NCBI GenBank assembly: GCA_002189035.1
Contig: CM007991.1
Location: 2,914,001 to 2,978,000, forward strand
DNA from: Utricularia gibba
Taxonomy: Eukaryota; Plantae; Magnoliophyta
Reading direction: 5' to 3'
Length of the DNA stretch: 64,000 nt
This document shows positions 37,027-53,141 of this stretch, piece by piece. The stretch's first letter is position 1; every line of letters begins with the position of its first letter. The translations under genes were made by a program, and so were the position numbers. The notes under the pieces were generated by a model. It was not told the DNA's origin. It was given only the letters and a program-made list of their open reading frames with translations, and did not search any database.

Positions 37027-40024
37027 TCAGAGTTGCAGAGCCAGCTCTGGCTGCCGGGGAGACCCAACTGGGTTTGTATCGGACGGTGAAACCCCGAATC
37101 CATCTTGAAGGTGAGGATTTCGATACCAGGTTTCTGCAGTGTGGGTAGGTAATGATGCGCCATTGGTCATTGAATATGATCCATTTCTCTGCTGCCAAGT
37201 AGGGAATGGCGTTTTCCGGGGAGACGGTTCACCTTTCCCAGCTACCTGGATGAGATAATTGGGCTCCTGTGGAGGCTGACGAGCACCGCCGGCGAAGCCG
37301 GAGTCCGAAGCAGCGGACCCCATGAGTCTGTTTGGGCGTCCATCACCATCACTGTTGCATGAAGATTTCTGCCATTCGGCAGAAAAAGAGGAAGGCTGTG
37401 CAGTCAGCTTGAGCCAGCCAGGGCTCCACGGTGCTCCAGACGGTGAGATGGATTCTATTCTTCTCGACGCCATCTTCCAAGCTGGGGACCCAAGATTTGC
37501 TGCGAATCTCGCAAGGCTACTGCTATAAGCCAGGGAAAGTTCATGAAGACCAACCTGGTGATTTAACAATGGAAGCGAAAGTTCATGAATGCCCGATTGA
37601 TTCAAGCTGTAACATGTATACCACTGCATACCGAAGCCAATAGCTGTGGCGACCTGTTTGAAGGAGACTGTGGCCGGAATGTATCTCGCCTGGTTTCGTC
37701 TACTGTGAACTGTTTTTTACCATGTCTCATATCAGCCCTCAAAATCGATGCTGCAGATGAGAAGATTACAGGGGTGCTCAAACTCTGCCATGAACGACAT
37801 TGGTAAACTGGATCCTGGTCCGTACCTGGGAATTCATTGTTCCACTCAGAGTAGTCGGAGTAGCTTTCTCCATTCCTGAGGCGATACGAGGAAACAAACT
37901 GATCATTGAACCTAAACCTGCTTAAAGCAGGCGCCTTTCTTAGATTATAACCGCATGATCCAATCGTTTTCTCCTCGACTTTCACATCCGGTGGAACCCC
38001 AGGATCCGCAGGGAATGATCCGGCCGTAGAGCTGATCAAATTGCTCTTGTTTGGGGGCCTGCCTCTCCTGCGCACCACCTTAACGTGTGGCTCATCACCA
38101 TCACCACCACCACCACCACCACCTTCACGTCTCAGATCATCGAACTCCCTCTTTGCAAGTTCTCGAATAGCCCGAGCCTAATGCACTCATTTAAGAGAAT
38201 GCAGGATACTGAATCTTATACAATTAGAACACAAAACCAGCAAGCACCTGACGATAGAAGACCGTCTCTGGATCATTGTACTGCATAGCGTTTGAACAAA
38301 TCAAAAAGACATCACCCTGGGTTCACAAAGAAACCAACTTTAGTTTCCATGTACATGCGTTACAAGTGAATGCCCATGCCAGAAGCCTGTGCTTGTGTAA
38401 CAAACATGCGCAAACAAAAATCATTTAAGGACTTTGAGCACAGATCAGTTCGAAAAAGAGCTACAGCCAACCTCCAATTGCTCCAGGTTCTTGTAAGCAC
38501 CACTGTCCAGCTTCTTCCTCACAGTCCCAAAGTCCATTGGTTGTTGAACTACCTCAAAATAGTCAGGCAGCTACAAAGAACGGAACGTTTTGTCATCCCT
38601 GATGAACACATACCATTTCAGCAACCAATTCAGGAGGTTGCAGCTGACCTCATCGATATCCACAGGCTCGGAAAATGCATTATGAGTATCCTTCCTGGAT
38701 TGCATTTATAGAAAAAAAAAACTGCATCAATTGGCGAAACCCACAAAAAGAAGGCTACAGCTAAAGAGTACACTGAAGCTTTTACTTTTGAAGTTTGTCA
38801 AGGATGAAAACCAACAACTTTTTGTCAGGCAAAAGTGCAGTGGGACCGGTCTCCAATGGCGACCCTGTCCAAGGAAATTAAATGGATCATCGAATGAAGT
38901 ACGGTGAAAATGAATCGGTTTTCTCCATTAAAGTCAAGGAATGAAAGAAGAAACACAAGCTGATTTGAACCATCTTTGGAAGCATCAGTCCCTTTCGCAC
39001 CATCGTTCGCCTGCAGTTATCAATGAAGCAATTATTGCTGTGGCAAACTGAAGGGATGTACAAACGTAGCCACTTGCAAGTTGCAACCAGGAAATATCAC
39101 CTACGAGCTAGTAAAATCTGAATCTTTACTAAGACACAAAAACACTTCACGGCTAAAAAATCCAAATCTACGCTTCAGAATCAATAACACATGAACACAT
39201 CCTAGCAACGGTAAGATTCCGACGGACGAAGAAACATATAAAGGAAGAAAAAGCATGGCTACACAAACGACCACCTGTCTGGATAAGCATTCTAGAGGAA
39301 AAGGGAAGGAATATGCACAAAAATTAAGGAAGAAAAAATGGCGTCTTGATTACGAAAGTCAACTGAAACAAAAAATGGTCCGAATTTTTTCTCAGAGTTG
39401 ACTGAAGTCAAAAAACACAGCACCCCACCAGAGATCTACAGCGTCGGAGATCAGCCAAAGGACATATTATATATATATTCAAAGCGGGCAGAAATAAATT
39501 CTGAAACTGGAGTTTCAGCAACCAAAAATATCTGGGTTCGCTGAGTGGGTATCAAGATCAAATTCCAACCAGAATATTTGCAAAAGGAGAGCGCACCACA
39601 TTTGTTCATAATTTAACACGATAGATCTCTCCACTGACCCCACCTCGAAAACATCTTCGCCAGATCCGCTATCCAACACACTGATGTTGCTCTTTTTTCC
39701 CTGCGCCGGTGGATTCCCACACTCCGCATTGGGATCCCCATTCCGTGAATGCGACCTTTTCTGCTTCTGCTTACGTTTATGATTAAACTCTCCACCCGAA
39801 GATTCAGGCAACCCAGCAACGAGCTTGACCTTCCTCCCCTTGCCTTCATCGTCGTCGTCGTCGTCATCAAATCCCGGCTTAGGTAGCGAAGCAATACTCT
39901 TCCTACGTTTCCGAGGGGCCGATCGGCGGGAGGTGGAGGGTGAGAAGTTGATGCCGAGGGAAGTTTGAGGCGCGTGAAGCGACAAAGTGGTGTTGAGGGA
40001 GTGCGTCTTCTTCCTCCGCCTCAT
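37027..40024 (-). CDS. bromodomain-containing protein, BRD1/BRD2 (BRD7/9-like SWI/SNF subunit)
   Basis: Exons encode PDKKLLVFILDKLQKKDT, FSEPVD, LPDYFEVVQQPMDFGTVRKKL, DVFLICSNAMQYN, SLARFAANLG and the terminal PELALQL. Confidence 0.9.
38102..38123 (+). repeat. (CAC)n coding microsatellite, poly-Gly in the bromodomain gene
   Basis: About seven CAC units, read as GGT codons on the minus strand. Confidence 0.75.
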
Positions 40025-40635
40025 CTCCGATAGTTGCCCCTTGGCTTTGGGCCTCTTTTTTTTTTTTTATTGTAGAAATAAATCAAAATGGTGTGCTTAA
40101 TTTTGTTAATAATAAATTAAAATATTAAATTGTGGGCCATGTTACCCTCCTCCATATTTGTATTCCCTTACACACAAATACGAATATTCGATCCAAAATC
40201 AAAAATTCGGATGAATTTTGAGAAACAATATATGAAACACAAAATTTCTAAAATTTCGATGAAATTTTATCGAAATTTAAAACATTGGTCTAAATTAAGC
40301 ATCCAAATTTACATTTTTCCACACATTCATGGTTTTTTGAAAAGTAAAAGATGATGAACAAGCATTTCAACCACATTTCAAGGATATGAGATCGAATATA
40401 AGTCGTACTAGGATGAGTGACTCATGAAAAATATCGTTTTTTGAAAAGATATTTAACCTAAGCAATCAATCAAGAAGTAGAACTAAAGCAAAGCTTATTA
40501 TTCCTAAATTTATCAACATGCTACTTTGCTTTTTTGGCAAGTTACATATCTTTTTGGATGGCACGCAAAGTGTTTTATCAAATATGCATCATTTTTAATA
40601 TATTATTTTTTAGTGTAATGCGAAATAGTAAGTAC

Positions 40636-40839
40636 TTGGGCCCAAATTGATCACATTTGTAAGATAATGTGGAAGCCTTATCGGGATTGGGCCCATGCCA
40701 GGCCCAAAATGACGTGTATATGGGGTTGAGGAAGCAGCGTCGACGCGGCGGAAAGAGATTCGTTATCCCGCCTCTTTATTTTCTCGTTTTCCGGATTCCG
40801 GCCCTCCGACTGGTGAATTTCTCTATCGGCGAACCCTAG
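40636..40839 (+). promoter_or_regulatory. site II (TGGGCC/GGCCCA) cluster plus telo-box-like motif in the HMGB promoter
   Basis: TTGGGCCCAA 40636-40645, TGGGCCCA 40688-40695, GGCCCA 40701-40706 and AACCCTAG 40832-40839. Confidence 0.6.
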
Positions 40840-40936
40840 AGTCGAGGTGACTTTTTAATTGCCATTTTTGTTCGCAATAGTGCTTGTTTTGGCTGCTATC
40901 TCTGTCTTTTGACTTATCTCCCCTTTTGGATTTTAG

Positions 40937-42432
40937 ATGAAGGGGGGAAAATCGAAGGCTGAATCGAAGAAGGCGGAAAGCAGGTTAGAGGTGGATTGTG
41001 TGTGTTGTTTTTAGTGCTTTTCCCCGCCTAAAAGAAAACGAAGTGCTAGTTGCCTGTTTCGAATCCGTACATTCGTGTTTCCGCCTGTACGGGTTTGCGG
41101 CTTGAATTATTCATACACATTAGATACGTCTCAATCTTAGTTGCATCCATGCGTTGTTTAGTGTCTTGTTTGGTGAATTTTAGAGAAGTTGTTGATTTTG
41201 CATGGTTAAATCAAAGTCAACGCCCGGTGCCTTTCACCCCCTTTTTGATTTATGCGGTTTTCGGCTTTGTTGCAGCTTCTTTAGACGTTTTAAATTACCC
41301 ACTTTTGCCTCTCTTGAATATGCTTGATGAAGACGTTGTTCGTCTTGGCTGTCGTTTTTGTTAAGATACAACATACAGTGTTGAAATGTTGCACTTCATT
41401 GGTTTGCGTTCTAAATGTTTTAGGTTAGCTGTAAAAAAGAAAACCAAGAAGGAGAAGAGGTCAGAAAAAGATCCCAACAAGCCAAAAAGACCACCAAGTG
41501 CCTTTTTTGTTTTCATGTAAGTCATTCCTGTACTATCTCCTTTAAATTCGCGCTGTTATTACACTGTTGAACCTTCCGTGTTTTGTGGTCGAAGGAACTT
41601 GATGTGTTTTGTATGCTTCTTTCAGGGAAGACTTCAGGAAGCAGTACAAAGAAAAGCATCCCAATAACAAATCTGTTGCTGCTGTGAGTTTCCTTTTGTT
41701 TCATACTGCATTTTAATGATAACTGAGTGATGGTGAGCTCCAATACGAAAGGATAATTCCTTACAGACACGCTCAAAGGGAAATTTCCTTTTTCATATAA
41801 ACATAAAATTTAATCAATGTTAGGCTTTACCCGCCCTCATTAGGGTTTACCTAAACTCTGGAGAAAAATCATGGCAAACAGCTTTGGTGACTTAACCACA
41901 TCTGAAGTCAGACTGAGATTATGGTTTCTGAATATAGGTTGGTAAAGCTGGTGGTGAGAAATGGAAATCATTGAGTGATGAGGTGATCATACGGCACTTT
42001 TATGTATCGCATCTGATCAGGATACTTTATATATGTCTCTTCTTGCCAAAAATGTATGTTTCTTTTTTTGTTCCCTCTGCATCTGACTTGAACGACAGGA
42101 AAAAGCCCCTTTCGTTGAAATGGCTGAAAAGAGAAAGGAGGAATATGAGCGCAAGATGACCGCATACAACAAAAAATTGGTGAGCGCTTTCAGACATGCA
42201 AGAGAATAACGTTATCAGTAAGGAAAGTAAAACCATGTGCTTTGTTGCCTTCACCCAAACAACAGGCTGGAGAGGGTGACGATGAGTCTGACAAGTCAAA
42301 GTCGGAGGTGAATGACGAAGATGAAGAAGGAGACGCAGAGGTAAGAATCTGCTTCTTAGCTTGGAATCAGCACATACGAGTACGCCCATCTTCTTCATTT
42401 CCCTGCAGGAGGAAGGTGAAGATGATGACTGA
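40937..42432 (+). CDS. HMGB: high mobility group B protein (HMGB2/3-like)
   Basis: MKGGKSKAES, KDPNKPKRPPSAFFVFM, EDFRKQYKEKHPNNKSVAAVGKAGGEKWKSLS and an acidic tail, over seven exons. Confidence 0.95.
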
Positions 42433-42939
42433 TCCTTTGGGAGCATGAGAAACAGCTGCGCATGTCTTCATGTTTTGTGTACTTTCCAGACACTAACCCC
42501 CTGCCGTGATCCAGGGCCTTGTTTATCTGGTCGCATGGCAACAGATGCTTGACTTTAATTTTAGTTTTACTAGTTTAAGGTACCTGTGTATCCCCCAATT
42601 CCTGATTTCTATCAATCGTCTCCCGTCCGATTTTCACAAGTTATTTGCAATTTTTACGTTAATTGTAGTTTTTTAAATATTGGATATGATGTTATAAATT
42701 ATATGTAACAAAAGGGGGTGATTCAGTTGGGTTGGGCCCTGAGGCCTCTTGCATGGAACAGTTCAGGCCCAATTAGTAAGGCTATCCACGTGGCTTGTGA
42801 TGATTGGGCACTCTACTGATTCGTCGGGTTTTGCTCAGTCTGTGGTTCCATAGGTGAAAGAACATCTGAAGTTCCCCGCGCTCTGCTTGTAAACTGAGGC
42901 GATGTGTTCCACCAATGGGAGAAACGTAGGCTAGGAAGG

Positions 42940-43150
42940 ATGTTCTCGGTAGTCGTCGTGGTTTTCGGAGTCTTGGCGTGTGGCGTTGACGATAAGTGCG
43001 CAGCCTGCAATGCGATTGCTGTTTGTAATTGCTTCATTTTCATCTCTTGATGCTCTTTTTTGCTTACAAGTTTTCAGCACCGTGGCTGAGCATATTTGGC
43101 GCAAGTTCTGGCGTTTTTTCCAGGAGGAGCTGCAACTTGGACTCTCTTAG
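42940..43150 (+). pseudogene. truncated Canopy/DUF3456 (saposin-like ER protein) gene remnant, two exons
   Basis: Exon 42940-43020 encodes MFSVVVVVFGVLACGVDDKCAACNAIA. After a GT-AG intron, exon 43124-43150 encodes EELQLGLS stop. No downstream Canopy exons were found before the GLR gene. Confidence 0.72.
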
Positions 43151-44062
43151 AGATGAAGATTTGTTGTTTTAGAGCACCGCGTATAAGGGAGGTCCAATTT
43201 CAAGCAGACAAGGTAATCTATCTTTTTTTTTTACGGTTTCTTGATTTTTCAAACGGATGTAAAATGTGATTTAGCTAGAACATCTAAATCATTTCCGAAC
43301 CTCTGCGCAGCGGCAAACGGGAAGAGTTGGGGGGTGAAGATACCAGCAAGAATGAACCCTACCCAGAATTTTCTGTCTCCCCATGTTCTTTTTGATGTTA
43401 TTAACAAACCAATGGAAAGTTTTTAATCCAGATGTAATGGATTAGTCTAACAGCTAATTTTTGGAATCTTAGAAGTTTGATACCTAACTACTTTTCAGAT
43501 GTTTTTGTCTTGTGGAGTACAGCGGTCATCAAGGGGTAGTAAGTAGGCCAGCAAACAACTCATAAGTAAGAAGCATTGTCCTCGTACAGTGATTATTGAT
43601 GGATGGTCCACCGTTTCTCTGTTGCTCGTTCCGTTTGTTCGAATGTTCCTCTTTCTGAATTCAATTCGCATTGATTGATTCCCCACTACCTACCGTTCGC
43701 AATTTCTTTCCATTTTATTCCTCTAGTGTTAGCACATCATATTGTTTGGCTGGTGGCCGGTGGGCTCCCTCCGCCACGCAATTCACGTGGCTCTTATGGG
43801 GTTTTGCTTTGCCGTCTGATGAAGAGCAGTGCTTCTTGGGCTGGTTACTTGTAACTGACTCCATTCATTCAAGCCGAATCACATTCTTTTCTGCTGGCTC
43901 GTTTTTCTTTTCCCTTTCTGTGCCATTTGACGGAATTCTTCTTTATTGCAAACAATGAATGGTCTAGAAAGCTTGAAGATGGAAGGAAAAAGTTGGCTGT
44001 GTACTTCCCAGCTGGAGGAGGAAAACCATTCGTAGTTGGGCTTGAAGTTGCAAACATTGAGG

Positions 44063-47214
<3,152 letters not shown>

Positions 47215-48200
47215 TGCATCAGCAAGAATCCGTACTGCGGATTAGTTGGTAATTTCTCTACTTTCTGTGTGCTCAAACGCAATTTTTTATAAAATTTGTG
47301 ACCGTCGATTTCAGTTACTCAACATTAATCTCCATCGCCGATATTAATATGTAAATGTATGATTATTTTGTGAATTTTTTATTTTTGAAAATTGAAAAAT
47401 AGGAAAAGCAGTCCCTCCTCCCTCCTCCGGCTAATAGGATGGCGGTCTGGGGAGATTCTCCGAGAGGTTGCCCTCACGGTTCATTAATTTTTTACCGCAT
47501 TGATTGACAGTGAATGCGTTTGAAAGGTATGCGACGGAGGAAACATTTAATAGAAAGGATGAAATGTGACTGCGCCTACGGGTAAAAAGCTGATTCGGAA
47601 GCACCAGTCCAGTTACCCACTTCATTTGTTTGTAGATGTGTGCGAATTTCTACTAGTATTTGGGAAGAAGCTTCTTGAGATTCAACTTGGTTGAATTTGG
47701 GTTGTGCGACAATGAAGAAAGAAGCAAGTTGTTGTGCATGGGGCGGCGGAGGAAAGGAACGGAAGTTGAGAGTGAAGTAGTGAAAGAGAAACCCTTGGCG
47801 CTATCATTATTATTCATTACAGGCAATGCGGCTGTTCTGAAACGGAAATTTTTGTTTTGTTTTGCGTGGTAGTACTCCTCCGTCCTCCCCCCACTCTCTT
47901 CAGTTTCTAGGCGAAAACCACCCCATTTTCTCGTGTGTTGACGAATTCGATACCGGAAGCCGTGAATTTAGGAGGAGACTGAAAAGGGCGGTTTCAAAAA
48001 TGTGTTCTTGACTAGTGGGTCATCGCTGAGATCGGATGTCTTGGCAGGTGAGGTACAGCAGATCATTCCTGAAACATGGACTTATAGAAGTGCTACTACG
48101 CTTGTTCATTGCCGTGCTCCTTCGGGTGGTTGATGTTCATGGTTTTCGCTTGGTGCCCATTGTCGAATTTTAGTGTAGTTTTTGCTCTGTTCTTGAATCG

Positions 48201-51200
48201 ATGGCCAGGCGTCATGGGTGGCAACTTCCTGCACACTCGTTTCAGGTACCTTTTTGTTTTCTCTCGACTGTTTTCCTTGTCGTCTTCCTTCAAAAATCAG
48301 AAAGACTGGGATTTGGTAGCTGCTTCGTTTGGGCTGTATTCGTTTGTTTCGAATTGCCTTGCGTGAACACGAGAGAAAGAGAAAAGACGAGCTACTACAA
48401 TCCAATAGCCGCTAGATAAACACGTGTTATTCTGCAAGTTTCTATTTTTCAAACATTGTACTCCTTTCTCACCTTCTAGACAACAAAAGTAGCCAGATCT
48501 GGTTGTCTTTTCTCGTAGTATGCCAGCTGAATCCAAAGCCATTGTTTAGCTTTCGATGCAATTTCTTGTGCTTATGTTTTTATGTTTGTGCGTTGAAATA
48601 CTACAATTTGGCCCCAATTCTTGAACACCCTGCTGTAATGCCATGTTACTGAACACACTAATCCAAAACAAGACAGACCAACTAAATTGGTTGAAAGGTT
48701 ATCAAGTTAATGGTTTTCCACATTTGTATATTAAGAAACTTCTCTCTGCTCTTTGACTTGCAGGTTGTGGCCATCACAGTTTTCTTCATGTTATCAGTAG
48801 CTTTCTATGCCTTTTTTGCTCCTTTTCTTGGGAGAGACTTGTATGAGAACATAGCAATAGGTATTTACTCCATTCTGGTACGTACACATGAAGCTAACCC
48901 TTTGTTCCATTTATGCAAAATCTTTTCTTCATTCCTGCATCCTCATTTGGAAGTTTTGTTTTATCTTCAGGCACTATCTGTGTTTATACTTTATGTTAGA
49001 TGCACGGCGATAGATCCAGCTGATCCAGGAATTTTTGCTGACGCTGATGGCATGTCAGCTCATTCATCGCATGTTGGGACACACTTTCCTGGTAATCATA
49101 TGCATAGAATTCTTTGTAAGGTCGTAGTTTGTCTTTGAAAAATCTTCCCGATTTCCGAATTTCTTGATTAGATGCTTTGTCTATGACTGAAGATCCATCT
49201 AAAGTGGACATGAAGAATGAAAAGAAGTACACACATGACTCTGGTTTCCGTTCTGCATTTGGAGGTCTTCTTTGCTATTGTTTTGTCAAGGGGGACAGCT
49301 GCAGAAATGAAGATAGTCTTCAAAAACAAACTGGAGATGAGGATGCCTTATTTTGCACTTTGTGCAACTCTGAGGTATATCATATGCAATAACCAGATTT
49401 GTTCCTCTGGGCTTTTACAAATTCATGCATTATACCAAGAAAAATCAGAGCTGAAAATTTGAATTTCTTTACACGGTTCATGTTAGTCAAGGAAAAGATG
49501 GTGTATCAACAACTGCTTTTCAGGTGAGGAAGTACAGCAAACATTGCAGAAGCTGTGACAAATGTGTTGATGGATTTGATCATCACTGTCGGGTTAGCTT
49601 GATCCCCAAATGCAAGATGAAGTTTTTATGTCAACCCATATGACATTTATGTGCCACAATTTTCACACCTTTTGCTGATTCTTATATGCTGATTTTCTGC
49701 AGTGGCTGAATAATTGTGTAGGAAGAAAGAACTACACCTCCTTCATGTGCCTAATGGCAGCAAGCCTCCTTTGGGTAACTCTTCCTGGAAAAAACTACAG
49801 CTCTCCTTGTCTACCCTGCACATCTAACAAAGATTCTCTTGCCTTCCTTCGTCAGCTGGTATTCGAATCTGCAGTTGGTATTCTCGTCCTTGTCCGATGT
49901 TTCGTTGATCGAAAAGCTACAGAGGATCAAATAGTTGAGAAGCTTGGAAATGGATTCTCTCGTCCACCTTTTGCAACAGTGGTGGTATGGTCACGATTTC
50001 ATTCATCTTGCATACGTTAGCACAACTTTTCTGGTCTTACTTTTGCATTTCTCTGCGCCATAGGCCCTGTGCACATTTGTTTCTTTGCTAGCAACTATTC
50101 CACTCGGGGAGCTTCTCTTCTTCCACATGATTCTCATTCGAAAGGTTCATCTTCATTTCCTGCATGCAAAACATCTTTGTTTTCTGGTTGTTTCTTTGTT
50201 GATCCTTCTGTACAACAGGGTATAACGACATATGAATATGTCGTCGCCATGAGAGCTCAAAGTGAACCTCCAGGAGCATCTATGGATGGCAGAGATCAGC
50301 GAAGTTTGCCGTCATCGCCTACAGGATCTGCCGTAACTGCGATGAGTGGACGGAGTTCCGTCGGAATCGGCCTCCAATACAGAGGCAGTTGGTGTACACC
50401 ACCCAGAATTTTCATGGACCAGCAGGTGTGATCAGATTGATAGCTTTTCGCCATTTTCTCTGCTCCTGCTTCATGTTTTCATGCTACAGGATGAGATCGT
50501 TCCTCATCTCGATCCGGGACGGCTGCCATCGACGGTTGATCCCGATGCAGTCCAACCCGACAAAGGGAAGAAAATAGCTTCTCAGCGTCCGGTTAGAATC
50601 AGCGCATGGAAGCTTGCAAAGCTGGACTCCTACGAAGCCATGAAAGCAGGCGCCAGGGCTAGGGCCTCATCCTCTGTTCTACGGCCTGTAAGTTCCCGGC
50701 CCCATGGTTACCACGCTGATTCATCAGGACTGTCGCCGGCGAAGAGCTCGTGTGCGCTGAGCAAGGCTAGTCAAGACGACACCGATACATGCGCTCACAG
50801 TGTCAGCAACTTGAGCAGTCCTGCTCCAGGCTTCAGCCCTCTGCCGATCGGTCCTGGTTCCACCGGCAGAGGCCATTTCAATCCAATATATCAGTCCTCC
50901 ACCGCCGCACAGTCGCCTTTATCAGCACGAGCTGGGGAAGCGAATGACAATTCGAGCTTTATTCAGACGAGGAGACACCATCAGAACTTTCCGGAGAACT
51001 TGAGATCCTCAGTGTTCTGGGACCCTGAAGCTGGAAGATTCGTGTCTAGTACCGCTACCAGGAGCATCAGCTCTTCGTCGCAGAACTCAGCTGCAGAGCT
51101 GACTTACACAGGGCCGACAATATTCTTCGGTGGGCCGATGACTGTTCCCGGCGGCGCTCAGAGAAACTCCACATCGAGCTATTACCAACAGGGCAGGTCT

Positions 51201-51278
51201 CAACGCGGAGGACAACTCCCGGTATTTGTTCCCAGTGAGAGTCAATCCCAGAACCCATTCTCCTCCAGACTCCAATGA
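48201..51278 (+). CDS. PAT21: DHHC protein S-acyltransferase (PAT21-like)
   Basis: [15 protein letters not shown]|VVAITVFF start, [19 protein letters not shown]|WLNNCVG catalytic motif, GITTYEYV and [14 protein letters not shown]. Ten exons traced. Confidence 0.92.
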
Positions 51279-51701
51279 TGAGCTCCTCGGAGATTTCAAC
51301 TAATTTTGAATTTCCACCTGTTCTTACTGTTACCAAAAGCAAGGGACACAGATCGACCTCCTTTATGGTAGGAATTTGGTTGTTCAAAACACCGATTCGC
51401 AAAGAAAAGGGTAATTGTTCTGTGAATTCACCAGGTTGCATCTGCTGATGAATTTTAGGAAGGAGGCTGCATGCAGGCTTTCTGGGATCTGACATCTTCT
51501 TAGGATATCAATCTATCAATTTGCCATGAACCATTTCACGATCCAGCAGCAGCAAAACACAATGAATGCAAGTGTTTCAGAAAAAAAAAAAAAAGTTTGC
51601 ATGGTGGGGGGTTTGCAACGCAAACGGACATGCCACTCCGGACACCTCCGCCTTCAACTTGATGGGTTCGAAAACTGCGGAGCCTCTCGTACGGGGCTTC
51701 A

Positions 51702-52067
51702 TTCATCTGCTCATTTTCTCCTTCAAGGAACTCATTCCCAAGTGAGACGGGACTTCTAGCACCATCTTCGCCACCAAATAACCGGCGATCCACCATGTCT
51801 ACTTCTTTCTGCTCAACGCCGGCAGTGATGTTGGATCTCTTGCTGCTCAATGCCACGCCTTGCCAATACCCGTCGGGGTAACCTTAACTGACAGGAGACT
51901 CAATTAGTCAGTAACCCGGGCAAGAGCCACCGCCGCGGTTCTGGACTCTGGAGGAAGAAGCAGCAGCAGACATGAACTATCGCCGGCAATCGGGGTGACG
52001 AAGATGATGCTCGAAGACCCGTCTCGGTTGGGAGTGATCCCCTTGAAGAAGACGAACAGTAGATGAA
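51702..52067. repeat. imperfect inverted repeat, arms about 102 bp (51702-51803 and 51965-52067), spacer about 160 bp
   Basis: Hand alignment of the reverse complement of the left arm with the right arm gives 77 of 103 identical columns. Confidence 0.85.
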
Positions 52068-53141
52068 GCTTCAAATCAACGGCTACTTATAATTATTTTA
52101 CTTTGTATTTTGTTTATATATATAATTTGGAAAATAATTATAAATTTTTTTAATTATATTTATGAAAATCATTTTCTCACGTCTGTTTCGTGGTCAAATA
52201 GATTATAAGTTATTGTATCTATTTTAAATACGCATATTACAATAATATATTAAATATAAATTTAAAAATCTATATACCAAATATAAATATATTATTAAAT
52301 AAGATTTCGTTGGATATGGAAGCAAGTCATGGGTGACATCAGCGTGCGGGTAACACAGAAGGGGTTGATGATGTCAAGGATAAGACAAAGACTTGACTGT
52401 GGGATACGACAGGAAAGAGTCAACCTGCTAAAACACAAATTCAGGATTAAATGCGGTGGATACGACATGTCAAGACTTGGCGGTTTCCGGTGAGAAGCAC
52501 AGCACCATCAACCGCCAACGACCCAAATTAAAGAACAGAGATGAAGATGATGTGGGCAGGGCGTCTGTGTCTCTGATTCCAAACATCAACTCAACTGGTA
52601 GTTAGTTACCTTGAGATCAAACATTTAAGAATGACGGCCGAACCTGTTGACCTCGTCGTGTGAAGCGATTAGTACGGCGGACATGGGCTTGTTGATAAAT
52701 CCCCGCAACTGGGTTTCTGTTTCCCGGACTGAAAGTCTGAGGGCGATCTTCATTTTTTTCTTTTCTTCTGTTTTTTTTTACTGGCGGTTCCAGCAGGAAA
52801 AATGACATCTTGATTTGAAGTTGGGTAGGCGGCCAAGGTGGAAAGTCAATGGTTCCCTAATGCAGGCCCCCGTTTATTTCATGGTTTGGTCGCGTTTTTC
52901 TTCCCCGGAGTCGTTCAAAAAATGATGGCCTGATAGGTCAGTTGGATCAAATCAAACCAAATCTCATCCGTTCCAGGAAGCCCATTTCCAGTTCCCATTT
53001 CACGCGGTTTTGTTTTCCGTTTCAGCATTTTTTATCGTCTTGCATGTCCCATTGAGCCGCTAATCGCTGCTACAGCGGCAACGGTTGTTGTGGATTCGGC
53101 TATCGGAGGATTCCGAGTACTTGGGAGTTGTTGTGGATAAA

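Noticed and set aside
40140-40290. AT-rich short inverted repeat (ATATTTGTATT...AATACGAATAT) resembling a non-autonomous element fragment
   Set aside because: No terminal inverted repeats, target-site duplication or second copy can be shown in this window.
51536-51880. NAC-domain-like reading (GYPDGYWQG...) of the minus-strand ORF
   Set aside because: Only a GYW tripeptide matches. The subdomain A/B motifs and the WxMHEY motif are absent.
51690-52075. Known miRNA (miR395/miR398/miR482-like words) in the hairpin arms
   Set aside because: No 21-nt stretch matches a conserved family that I know; the matches are 6-8 nt only.
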